Shown here one piece after another: positions 38,282-47,517 of a stretch of DNA of 64,000 nucleotides (positions are counted from its first letter, which is position 1; each line of letters starts with the position of its first letter). The stretch comes from Candidatus Tiddalikarchaeum anstoanum (GTDB taxonomy: Archaea; Nanobdellota; Nanobdellia; Tiddalikarchaeales; Tiddalikarchaeaceae). Under the pieces are notes generated by a model that worked only from the letters and a program-made list of their open reading frames with translations, had not been told where the DNA came from and made no database searches. The stretch is taken from contig CABMEV010000004.1 of the NCBI GenBank assembly GCA_902385255.1, positions 34,590 to 98,589 on the forward strand, given 5' to 3'. The position numbers and the translations under genes are program-made.

Positions 38282-38392
38282 TTTTTAGCTGCTTTTATGT
38301 ATTTTTTTGATTCTTCAATCAATATTTTAGGTTAATTTTTATCCTATCTACCTATATATCGAGTTAATCTAGAAAAAATTATAAATATTTGA

Positions 38393-38470
38393 CGTGTTGA
38401 CTAATGTGTTTAATATGTTGTCGAAAGTGTTGGATGTGTTGGACTTGTTGTTGAATGTGTTGTGGTGGTT
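38393..38470 (+). repeat. Iteron-like array of about 7 units of (A)TGTGTTGGA with roughly 9-12 bp period, just upstream of the 38501 gene
   Basis: The sequence reads gacgtgttgactaatgtgtttaatatgttgtcgaaagtgttggatgtgttggacttgttgttgaatgtgttgtggtgg. Related copies lie at 37234..37253 and 7265..7275. Confidence 0.6.
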
Positions 38471-38500
38471 CTAATGGGCATTTTAGATATAATTTACAAT

Positions 38501-39085
38501 ATGGTAAATAAATCCAAGCAAAAAAAGGCCAAAAAACCAAAACAAAAGCACGAAAAACATGCTGCCAATAATGGAAAAACAGGGCAGGTGCAGGAAACCA
38601 AGCAGAAATTGGAGCAAAAGATAATAGTCAAGGATTTGTCAGATACTGAAAAACTGCTGAAAGCGTGGGATTCAAGCGTCAAGAACGTTTCAGACCATCC
38701 ATTATCACAGGTTAAAATCATTAATACGCAGATATTGGAGCAGTTAACTGATATACTCACTTCTATGAACTCAAAATTAGACCGCCTGGATGTGTTAGAA
38801 GAGATTTTGAGGCTACTTAAGGATTCCAGGGCTGAAATCAGGGTTGTTGGTGGAAGTACTGAGAAATTGGATGCTGCTATCTCTAAAATTGAGGGTTTGA
38901 CTATCAAGGATGAAGAGTTTATCCGCGTCTTGAAGGATAAGGGGCCTCAAAGTGCTGATTCCATAAGCCGTTTGGTTGGCATTTCAAGGAGCACAGCTTC
39001 AAGCAGATTGAATAAATTGGAGAAGTTTAAGCTTGTTAAGAAGAATGCTGACGGCAAAGATATTTATTATTCATTGAACCAATAA
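38501..39085 (+). CDS. basic N-tail protein with a C-terminal winged-helix DNA-binding domain (regulator or Rep-like)
   Basis: The C-terminus reads SISRLVGISRSTASSRLNKLEKFKLVKK..DIYYSL (HTH plus wing). The start was placed at the MVNK ATG embedded in the 22-bp box with a TATA-like TTTAGATATAA just upstream; the ORF track starts at 38462. Confidence 0.5.
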   Translation: MVNKSKQKKAKKPKQKHEKHAANNGKTGQVQETKQKLEQKIIVKDLSDTEKLLKAWDSSVKNVSDHPLSQVKIINTQILEQLTDILTSMNSKLDRLDVLEEILRLLKDSRAEIRVVGGSTEKLDAAISKIEGLTIKDEEFIRVLKDKGPQSADSISRLVGISRSTASSRLNKLEKFKLVKKNADGKDIYYSLNQ

Positions 39086-39622
39086 AAAATATTATCAAAG
39101 GTTTTAATAATTTATCAAAAGTTTTATCGTGCTGTTTTTTCAGTATTTTTTATCGTTTTTTTGATTTTTTTCTAATTTTCTATATTCCATCTCGTTTACA
39201 AAATTTGGATTGACTTTTTTTAGTTCGGTAAGATGATAGTTTCTTTCTTTTTCCATGTCGTCTTTTATATTTCTTAATATGTCTGATAAGCTGATTAGTC
39301 CGTTTCTTACGAAATCATTTTTCATTACTATTATGGATTTCATTACTTCTTTATAGGTTTTTAGCGCCTTTTTTAGCTGCCTAAATAGGGCTCGGAATAT
39401 ACCCTCCAGGCGAAAGTTTTAGGCCTAAAATGCGTTAAAATGACCCCGTTGTTTCCTATGGATATATCGGCTTTCTATACATAGAATTTGGCCGGATTTC
39501 ATTATGTCTTCCTCCAGTAATCTGTATGACAAGCTCCCTATATCTTTTATAGAATAGTAGTTAGGGAACCACTTTCGTAAACCTTATATGTCGCTCTCCA
39601 CTTATAGAAAACTGGTATATTT

Positions 39623-39970
39623 ATGAAAAACGTGATGTTTTTGGTATTCGGAAACCACCCCAAAGCTAACAGCATAAAAGAGCGTGCTCTGGTGATTATT
39701 AAGTTCCTGAAAGGCAAGGACTGGGTGGACTTAAACGACATACAAAAAGAGCTTAACATAGACAGGAACGAAAGCCCCAGCATGTTCTATAAACCTCTTA
39801 GTGCGATGAAGCGCTGGAAGCTGCTTGACAGTAAGCGCCAGGTTACAGGCGGCCGAGGAGTGCACGTTATCTACACGACTTATTACAAGTTTACCCCAGA
39901 CCATTTTCTTACATATTTGAAAGACACTTTGTACGCAGTGTGCGATACAGAGCTTAAAATGTTCAAATAA
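39623..39970 (+). CDS. small winged-helix (MarR/PadR-like) DNA-binding protein
   Basis: The stretch LVIIKFLKGKDWVDLNDIQKELNIDRNESPSMFYKPLSAMKRWKLLDSKRQVTGGRGVHVIY reads as helix-turn-helix plus a beta-wing. Confidence 0.5.
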   Translation: MKNVMFLVFGNHPKANSIKERALVIIKFLKGKDWVDLNDIQKELNIDRNESPSMFYKPLSAMKRWKLLDSKRQVTGGRGVHVIYTTYYKFTPDHFLTYLKDTLYAVCDTELKMFK

Positions 39971-40978
39971 TTTAATATTAATTTACCATATTGTAATTAT
40001 GTGGGTGCCCATATAGTCAAAAAACATTGCATACTTTTTAATACATTATTACCATATAGTAAATAAATTGAGATTACACCTCGAAAAATTCCACTATCTG
40101 CCGAAAACTAAAAACTGAGTGAGACATCAAATTTAAGAGAATGCAAAGTGAGGGATAATTATAAATTTTATTAATGTGATTTATAATATTTATTAATTAA
40201 TAATTATGTAATATAATATGGTCTTTTATAATAACAAAGAAATAATAACTAATGAACATGATCTTGCATATTTAAAATATTTTGATTGGTTTTTATCACT
40301 TAGCTCAGATAAGTTAAAGAATTTAAATGTTTTATTTAAAAAATCGTAAAATTGATTTGTATATAAAAGCAAATAAAATTATAAAAAGTCCAGACCTTAT
40401 TTCAAAATCTCAGATACAAGATATTAAATCCAAACGAATTACAAATAAAAAAAGATGAAGTAAATATAATTTTAATGGGCGGAGAATCTAATATTGATTC
40501 ATTAGATGATATGTCAGATTTTTAGATCATGGGGTTGTCATAAGAGAGCCTGCGACGAATTAATAAACTGGTTTTATGAAGAATCCAATCTTAAAAAAAT
40601 GACCATTATAGTCCCTTTTGACACTATTTTCAGTACGTATAATGCTAATTTGAATACTCCAAAATATAAAGAATATTTCTTAAACGTATATAATTCTAAA
40701 AAAACTTCATTCAAAATAAATCAAGACCAAGCAATAACTGTTTTGTCTAAAATAGTTATTTAAAATTTTTCAAAGATAACAAGTCCCAAAAAAAATAAAT
40801 TAATCAAACAATAATATTTTAAGCAATTAATACTAAACTAAGTTTCAGGAACTCTAGATTTAATACTTATTTTGTTAGGTATAACTTATATTTTGGCTAA
40901 AATTTCAATTAAAAGCCTTTTTAACAGACGCATGCCTTGTTAAAAATAATAATATTAATAATAGGGGGTGCAAAAAGA

Positions 40979-41146
40979 ATGCTAGTTGTAAGAAAAGCAG
41001 CAAAAGAAGCTGGAAAGAAGTACGAAATGAGATTCCCAGACGAGACTATTGATGCTCTTGACAAGTATTTAGATGAAAAAATAAAGAAAGCCGCAGACAG
41101 AGCTAAAAAGAACGGAAGAAGTACTTTAAGAGAATATGACTTCTAA
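40979..41146 (+). CDS. small histone-fold protein (archaeal-histone-like, alpha3-truncated)
   Basis: The 55-aa sequence aligns by eye to HMfB alpha1-L1-alpha2-L2 (RKAAKEAG..FPDETIDALDKYLDEKIKKAADRAKKNGRSTLREYDF against RIIKDAGAE..VSDDARITLAKILEEMGRDIASEAIKLARHAGRKTIKAEDIE). A Shine-Dalgarno-like AGGGGGTG lies 8 nt upstream of this ATG, whereas the ORF-track start at 40937 lacks one. Confidence 0.4.
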   Translation: MLVVRKAAKEAGKKYEMRFPDETIDALDKYLDEKIKKAADRAKKNGRSTLREYDF

Positions 41147-41290
41147 AAGCTAAAAAAAATCATTTTTCAAACTTTTTTTTTAATGTTTCTAATTTTTATG
41201 ATTTAAGGCAAAAGATAAACGCCTATAAAAAAAAGTACTTCTAAAAAATACTTAAAATAACAACACGCATCTCCTAAAGACTATACAAAA

Positions 41291-42079
41291 ATGTTAAATA
41301 AAAAAATAATACAAAATAGACTAGAACTAATAACACGAAAATGGTGGTTTTTCTTAGCATTAATACTCCTTCAATTCATACCCCCATACGCATCCAAAGG
41401 AATAACAAGCTGGCAAGACTCAGGATACCTTACCGGAGCAGTACTAACAAACGCATTAATCAATAATATATCAATATTATACCCAGTTTTCAAAATAATA
41501 CCAATAATACTAGTCATCTCAATAATATTATACAAGAACAAAGCTAGAAGAATATTCAGCATTTACGCAGGAATAAACTACGCACTATTTGCAGTACTGC
41601 AAAACGTAGGAATCACCGAACAATACGGCCTAGGAATAGTCACAATCAACGTAATCATGTTCTTAATAGTTGCAATATCCTGGTTCTGGGAATCAATCAT
41701 CCAAAAAAATGACTTCACGATAAGAAAAATACCAAAATGGAAATACTTACTAATAATATTATCATTCATCGCATTCTGGTACCCGACCGAACCAAAAACT
41801 TTCACACCCAACTTTAACCCATTAGGAATAATAACAAACATGGCAGGACTAGCATTCTGCACAATGACACCATTCTACATAACAATACTAATCATATACT
41901 ACCCTAAAATAAACACTGCAACACTAAGAATAACAAGCCTCATCGGATTCATACTCGCATTTTACAATATCTGGGTGAACTTCTTCATCTCCCCAACTAC
42001 ACTATGGTGGAACGGTATACTGCACATACCATTATTGATAACGTCAGTCACGGGAATAATATGCTCATACAAAAAATAA
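41291..42079 (+). CDS. polytopic membrane protein
   Basis: At least 7 predicted TM helices. Confidence 0.5.
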   Translation: MLNKKIIQNRLELITRKWWFFLALILLQFIPPYASKGITSWQDSGYLTGAVLTNALINNISILYPVFKIIPIILVISIILYKNKARRIFSIYAGINYALFAVLQNVGITEQYGLGIVTINVIMFLIVAISWFWESIIQKNDFTIRKIPKWKYLLIILSFIAFWYPTEPKTFTPNFNPLGIITNMAGLAFCTMTPFYITILIIYYPKINTATLRITSLIGFILAFYNIWVNFFISPTTLWWNGILHIPLLITSVTGIICSYKK

Positions 42080-42088
42080 TATTTTTAC

Positions 42089-42559
42089 TTAACTTTTTTG
42101 CGCAATAAACGATTTAAAAAATCTTCTAACTGATTCGTGCGAGAAAGCATTGAACAATAATTGAATAATATAAAGAGCTAATAATATAACTCCAAGAGTT
42201 AAGTTCTCCTTCCACACAAGTATCACTAAAACATAATTGGCAAAGAAATACAGCATTAAATAAGGAATTAACAAGTACAGTTTAGACTTGGACCGAAAAT
42301 TAATCTTCAAAACCCAATCCAAAACAACCTCAAAACCCAAGTAGACTAACACTATTACTAAATATAAGTAGTAAAAAAGAGGCTTGTTCTCAAATATTGA
42401 AAGAATCAAGCAAATAATAGCAAGCGGAATAACCAAGACTAAGTAAGCGAAACCGAACGTTTTAATTAATTTATTATTTTTAACCCTATTGGAATTAAAG
42501 ACGCAGATAAGCAATAAATTATGCACGAGCCCTAACACAAACGCTAGTTCTAAAAACAT
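42089..42559 (-). CDS. membrane protein
   Basis: About 5 TM helices. Confidence 0.4.
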   Translation of the reverse strand: MFLELAFVLGLVHNLLLICVFNSNRVKNNKLIKTFGFAYLVLVIPLAIICLILSIFENKPLFYYLYLVIVLVYLGFEVVLDWVLKINFRSKSKLYLLIPYLMLYFFANYVLVILVWKENLTLGVILLALYIIQLLFNAFSHESVRRFFKSFIAQKS

Positions 42560-42617
42560 AAATTAAGCCAAATGGCCTCAAATTAATAAAAATATCGATG
42601 AGAACGTTGGGATCAAA

Positions 42618-43181
42618 ATGCTTTTATTATCTTTACTTTTTCCTAGAAAAATAATGGACCTTAAGGAGTTAATAAGCAAAAAAGAGATAGATGCTAAAAT
42701 AACTGAGTTGTCAGGAGTAATCATTAACGACTTCGGCAGCAGCGTCTATGCAATGACTGTACTTGAAGGTGCAAGAGTATTCTCCAACTACTTAATACAA
42801 AATCTGAGAACTAACAGCTCTACAGTAGAGAATGACTACATAAAACTATCCAGCTACAATGAAGGCACAGAATCAAGCGGGAAGATAACGATAAAGAAAA
42901 ATCCTGAAAAAGACTATAAAGGCAAGAAAATCCTAATCATTGAAGACATAATAGACACAGGGCTAACACTAAAATTCCTGAAAGACTACCTGACACGAAA
43001 CGGCGCAAGCCAAGTAAAGATATGCACATTACTAGACAAGCCAAGCCGAAGAACTGTAAAAATAACACCTGACTACTGCGGATTCACAATACAAAACCTG
43101 TTCGTTGTCGGCTTTGGCATAGACTTTAACGAACAATATAGAGAACTACCCTGCATATACTACATCGAACCCAACACTTAA
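42618..43181 (+). CDS. hpt: hypoxanthine/guanine phosphoribosyltransferase
   Basis: It carries the PRPP-binding motif KILIIEDIIDTGLT. The size is typical of HPRT. Confidence 0.8.
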   Translation: MLLLSLLFPRKIMDLKELISKKEIDAKITELSGVIINDFGSSVYAMTVLEGARVFSNYLIQNLRTNSSTVENDYIKLSSYNEGTESSGKITIKKNPEKDYKGKKILIIEDIIDTGLTLKFLKDYLTRNGASQVKICTLLDKPSRRTVKITPDYCGFTIQNLFVVGFGIDFNEQYRELPCIYYIEPNT

Positions 43182-43453
43182 TAAAAAATACAACCCCACA
43201 AAACCCAAATTCAGAATTATAAGAATGCGTAATGCATAAGAATTATAAACAAAGCATTAAGGACTACTAACAAAATAATTAATTTAGTCCTTCCCATTGA
43301 TTTAATCTTCCTTATAGTTGACATATTCATTATAATATATACAGTATAAATTATTACAAGAATAGCTGCGCCAAGAAAATTACCACGTACTTCCATAAAA
43401 AAATAATACATTACGTATATAAATATTAAACTCTTTAGAATAATACGAGACCA

Positions 43454-43873
43454 ATGAAGAAATCAAATCCAAAAATTGACGAATCTGCACCTAAACTGAT
43501 TGGCAAACATATTATAGAACTTGATGATTGGCGCGGAAAGATATTAACTACTATTCGTAAAATAATTCACGACGCAGATCCAGACATAATAGAAGAATTG
43601 AAATGGAAGAAACCAACCAACCCAGCAGGTACACCAGTATGGTCCCATGATGGGATTGTCTGCACTGGAGAAACATACAAAGATCATGTAAAACTGACTT
43701 TTGCCAAAGGCGCCTTCTTGAAGGATCCAAAACGCATATTTAACGCTAGCCTTGAAGGTAATTTAACACGCGCAGTCGATATTCACGAGGGTGAAACTAT
43801 TAACGAAGCTGCTTTAACAGAACTTATTCGTGCTGCAGTAGCCTACAACATATCCGAAAAGAAAAAACGATAA
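43454..43873 (+). CDS. DUF1801/YdhG-like domain protein
   Basis: The pattern resembles the YdhG-like fold and the 52183 ORF. Confidence 0.45.
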   Translation: MKKSNPKIDESAPKLIGKHIIELDDWRGKILTTIRKIIHDADPDIIEELKWKKPTNPAGTPVWSHDGIVCTGETYKDHVKLTFAKGAFLKDPKRIFNASLEGNLTRAVDIHEGETINEAALTELIRAAVAYNISEKKKR

Positions 43874-44074
43874 TCTTCTTATAAGAATTAGTTTCAGAAC
43901 CATTTCTCAATTATTTTAAATAAGCTAAAAAAACGCAATACCAAAGAATTCAGAACAAAAATAATAAACTTTCCTAAAAAAATAATATTAATTTACAATA
44001 AAAATTCACTTAAAAAGATTACTAAATACTATATTTCTCAAAAATGTTTTTAAATTGATTTTTCTAAACAGTTA

Positions 44075-44860
44075 ATGAATATGAGTACTGCTATAGATGT
44101 TTTAGAGATGGAAATCGCGAAAGAAGAATTAAAATATGACGCTATAATTAAGGATATTAACGACGGCATAAAAATTAGACTATTCCTGCCATTTTTAAAG
44201 AAAAAGATTGAAAAATTAAAATCTGAATATGAAGCATTAAAAAAAACAGGATTAGAAGAAAGCCTAACTATTCACGCAGCAATTATCGGAAGACCAGAAT
44301 TTTACTCCTGCATTAAATACGATCCTTGCTGGAAACAAAACCAGCAGAAATCAAGCTTCAGGTGGGAGTGGGACCTCTATAATCCAACAATCACCAACTT
44401 AGGCTCAGCACTAACAGCAATAGTAGAGGAAGAGGACCCAAACATATACAGAAACTTTGACTGGATAATTAAAAAAACATCAATGCCAAATATAAGATAC
44501 ATACACAATATACACGGCGAATTATTCGGAATCTACATCGGAAGCTCTTACCAAAAAACAGTCAATACCTTAGAAGAAGCAGTAAAAGAAATAATACCAT
44601 TAATAAAACACTACGAAGGATACAAACAAGAACTAAAACAGATAAAAAAGAATAAAAAAACGAATAAGGCAATAAATGAAAAAGAAGTAGTGCCGGAATT
44701 AGACAATAACCAAGTAATTGAGAAACCAATAATAATATCAGCAGCACCGAAAAATAACGACGACGTAATAAGCGAGATTACCAGAAGAAAAAACGAGATA
44801 CTAAAGAATCAAAGAGAAGAAAGATATAAGATGATAGTAAGAACTTTAAAAATCGCCTAA
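44075..44860 (+). CDS. hypothetical protein
   Basis: A 261-aa ORF with no recognisable motif. Confidence 0.4.
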   Translation: MNMSTAIDVLEMEIAKEELKYDAIIKDINDGIKIRLFLPFLKKKIEKLKSEYEALKKTGLEESLTIHAAIIGRPEFYSCIKYDPCWKQNQQKSSFRWEWDLYNPTITNLGSALTAIVEEEDPNIYRNFDWIIKKTSMPNIRYIHNIHGELFGIYIGSSYQKTVNTLEEAVKEIIPLIKHYEGYKQELKQIKKNKKTNKAINEKEVVPELDNNQVIEKPIIISAAPKNNDDVISEITRRKNEILKNQREERYKMIVRTLKIA

Positions 44861-44866
44861 AAAGCA

Positions 44867-45244
44867 TTAAGTTCCGGAGCTAAAACTCATCCAAAAGAAC
44901 CATACACCAATTAATAGTATAACTATTCCCCAGATTACTTGCTGAGACTTAAAATCCTGAGCCCTCTTATTAACATGACCTGGAAAACCAATCTTGGTAA
45001 TACCCTTAAAGAAAGTAACCCAACCTAAGATAGTAACAGTAACCCTCCAGTCAAAAACCCATAAATTATGCAGTACAACAGTGCCAAGACCTAATAAGAA
45101 AGTGATATAACCTGTAGATACGGTAATAGCTTTCTCCTCAGTGTATTTAATAATCCTGCCCAACAACTTAGCAATAATAGACATTAGTCCAAGACAAATA
45201 AAAAGGCTGCCCCAAAACCTTGCCAAAAAAATAGTAACATCCAT
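44867..45244 (-). CDS. membrane protein
   Basis: Four TM helices. Confidence 0.4.
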   Translation of the reverse strand: MDVTIFLARFWGSLFICLGLMSIIAKLLGRIIKYTEEKAITVSTGYITFLLGLGTVVLHNLWVFDWRVTVTILGWVTFFKGITKIGFPGHVNKRAQDFKSQQVIWGIVILLIGVWFFWMSFSSGT

Positions 45245-45325
45245 ACATTAAACTAAGAACTGAGGCAAGTTAAATATTTTTCCCAAAAAGAGTTTTTTTT
45301 TGATTAGTTTTATAAAAAAAATAAT

Positions 45326-46294
45326 TTATCCACCGCTATACTTCACCGTATTTATAGGATAAACCTCGTACAAAATCGTTGATTCATATTTTAATATATT
45401 ATCAGGGAACTTATTCCTCAACTCCTTCAACAAGTCATGAAGTTCGAAATGAGACTCAAGCACCGCCTCAAACTCCAAATCCCACCTGCCAAGACCCTTA
45501 ACAATCTGAGTAACAGACTTCTTACCGGCAAGAAAATGAACCAAATCCTTATACTTAACCTGATTCATATTAGTCAAATTAAGAAAGATATGGAAATTAT
45601 TCAAATTAAACTTTTTAGGATTAACCCTGATTTTAAAACCAGTAATTATCCCTTCTTTAAAGAGCCTCTTCATCCTAACCCTGACCATTTGCGGACTCAA
45701 ACCCAGCTTGGAAGTTAGTTCAATCATCGGCTTTCTCGAATCCTCCTTAATACTGTTAATTAACAAGTAATCCTTCTCATCCAGCTTAACATCTCCTTTA
45801 ACATTCACAACTTCATCAACCCTAACCTCCTTTTCGCTATACAAGTAATTGTAAGGCAGATAATAGATTCTTGATGCAATGCTCAACTCCTTGTCAATCA
45901 AATGATTATCCAAGGAATAAATTATCGAGTCATAAATCTCATCAATCTCTTTAATCGTTTTTGCTAAGAATATGACGCAAAAATCGAACGAGCCGTCAAG
46001 CCTGGCAGCAAAATGAATATTTTTAAGCTTGGACAAGGAATTAACAAGCGAGTCTTTGATTTTCTCAGAAAAACCCATAAACTTCAAAAAAAGCCTGCAG
46101 TACATGTAACCCAGCTTAGCCCTATTAACAGTAGTGCAAAAAAGAGTGATTACACCATCATCAACCAATTTCTTAATCCTGTAATTGACAATATTCTTAG
46201 GCAAACCCACTTTTTTACCAATCTCGGAAAAAGACCGCCTGCTGTTATTATCCAACTCCTTAATTATTCTTTCGTCCTTAACGCTGAGCTTCAT
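45326..46294 (-). CDS. tandem-duplicated Lrp/AsnC-family transcription regulator (2x HTH plus RAM-like domains)
   Basis: Two HTH_AsnC-like segments are present (RIIKELDNNSRRSFSEIGKKVGLPKNIVNYRIKKL and LLINSIKEDSRKPMIELTSKLGLSPQMVRVRMKRL). Confidence 0.7.
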   Translation of the reverse strand: MKLSVKDERIIKELDNNSRRSFSEIGKKVGLPKNIVNYRIKKLVDDGVITLFCTTVNRAKLGYMYCRLFLKFMGFSEKIKDSLVNSLSKLKNIHFAARLDGSFDFCVIFLAKTIKEIDEIYDSIIYSLDNHLIDKELSIASRIYYLPYNYLYSEKEVRVDEVVNVKGDVKLDEKDYLLINSIKEDSRKPMIELTSKLGLSPQMVRVRMKRLFKEGIITGFKIRVNPKKFNLNNFHIFLNLTNMNQVKYKDLVHFLAGKKSVTQIVKGLGRWDLEFEAVLESHFELHDLLKELRNKFPDNILKYESTILYEVYPINTVKYSGG

Positions 46295-46372
46295 AATATA
46301 TCAAAATAGATGTTTTTGGTTAAAAAGCTTACTTTTTGAGCTATTTTTTAATAAATAGTTTAAACTAAAATA

Positions 46373-46954
46373 ATGGGCTATATGTATTTTATGAAAAACA
46401 ACCTTGAAGATTTAATAACTAAAAACAAGTCTGAAATCTTTAACTTAGTTAACGATTTGGACTCTAAATATTTGCCAGAGTTTAATACGGCCTATAGAAG
46501 CTTAAATGAAGGAGTTTCCCGCGAAGACCTGCTTGATCCAGATACTCCGGAGATTGAAAACCCTTACCATTTCGATTTTGTTAAAAGAAAAGGATTAATA
46601 CTTGATGTAATATCAAATGGCGACTTTGATTTCTCAAGATACTCTGTAGTATTCGACATTGATGCTAGGTCAATCTATCACACTTCATACAGGAGCGACA
46701 CGAAAGAAACAGTGCCAATACTCGAATTCTATGGCAATAGATTAGTTCCAGTTTTCAATGTTCAAATACCTGATATTACAGGAATCAGGTGCACTGACAA
46801 AAATGACTGGATGAAATACCATGACAAGATTGTCTCAAAGCTTAAGGAACTAAAGCAGGAAGAAATTAACAAAAAAGCCAGCGAGTCTAAAGAAGAGCCT
46901 GACATCTTTGGCGGAAGAGACTTCGCGCACTTTGACCACTTATTCGAGGACTGA
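46373..46954 (+). CDS. hypothetical protein, tandem paralogue A
   Basis: It is homologous to the next ORF (VFDIDARSIYHTSY..TVPILEFYGNRLVPVF against VFDIKSKTIYRTVF..AVPILDCSEDKLIPLY). Confidence 0.45.
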   Translation: MGYMYFMKNNLEDLITKNKSEIFNLVNDLDSKYLPEFNTAYRSLNEGVSREDLLDPDTPEIENPYHFDFVKRKGLILDVISNGDFDFSRYSVVFDIDARSIYHTSYRSDTKETVPILEFYGNRLVPVFNVQIPDITGIRCTDKNDWMKYHDKIVSKLKELKQEEINKKASESKEEPDIFGGRDFAHFDHLFED

Positions 46955-46963
46955 AAACGAAAA

Positions 46964-47506
46964 ATGAACGAGCTTGAAAACATCTTAACTAAAATAAACG
47001 AACTAAAACTTAAGAAAGTGAATTTTCCTGAATATTTTGCAGCTTACAGGCTCATAAAGAATGATAAGAGCCACATAGAGTATTATACCTCTATTTGCGC
47101 AAGAGAAGTTCCCAACCAGTACGATTACAAATTTTTCAAACGCGAAGGATTCGTATTGGAAGTTCAGGATGAAAGCCATTTCATTTACTGCGTTGTTTTT
47201 GACATAAAATCAAAAACGATTTATCGGACAGTCTTTGGAATGAATGAAAACAAAGCAGTTCCAATACTTGACTGCTCAGAGGATAAACTAATTCCCCTCT
47301 ACAAAAAATTCGGGTCGCAAGATGATTATGCTGACACTAATTCAAGCAACTGCTTCATGGAAAGTGACTGGAGGACTTTCAGTAAAGAAATCAGTGAAAT
47401 CCTTGCCGATTTTAGCATGTCAGAAAAATATAACAAAGTCAAGGAAGAGGATGATTACTCAATAAGAAAATTCAGGATAGACGCTGATTGGGATATCATC
47501 CAATAA
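46964..47506 (+). CDS. hypothetical protein, tandem paralogue B
   Basis: Paralogous to the 46373 ORF. Confidence 0.45.
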   Translation: MNELENILTKINELKLKKVNFPEYFAAYRLIKNDKSHIEYYTSICAREVPNQYDYKFFKREGFVLEVQDESHFIYCVVFDIKSKTIYRTVFGMNENKAVPILDCSEDKLIPLYKKFGSQDDYADTNSSNCFMESDWRTFSKEISEILADFSMSEKYNKVKEEDDYSIRKFRIDADWDIIQ

Positions 47507-47517
47507 AATAAAGGAAG

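Noticed and set aside
37159-38470. Whether the short-repeat region is a CRISPR array.
   Set aside because: The repeat units are only about 10-18 bp, irregularly spaced and degenerate, and they occur in both orientations. There is no 24-48-bp repeat with unique spacers and no cas genes nearby.
39547-39783. The 78-aa minus-strand ORF overlapping the 39623..39970 wHTH gene.
   Set aside because: It lies antisense to a better-supported wHTH ORF, and its sequence is low-complexity.
40506-40763. The 85-aa ORF within the extreme AT-rich stretch. The short ORFs 39140..39343 and 43217..43411 are in the same category.
   Set aside because: No motifs and no obvious promoter or RBS. It may well be a real small protein, but the sequence alone does not support an annotation.
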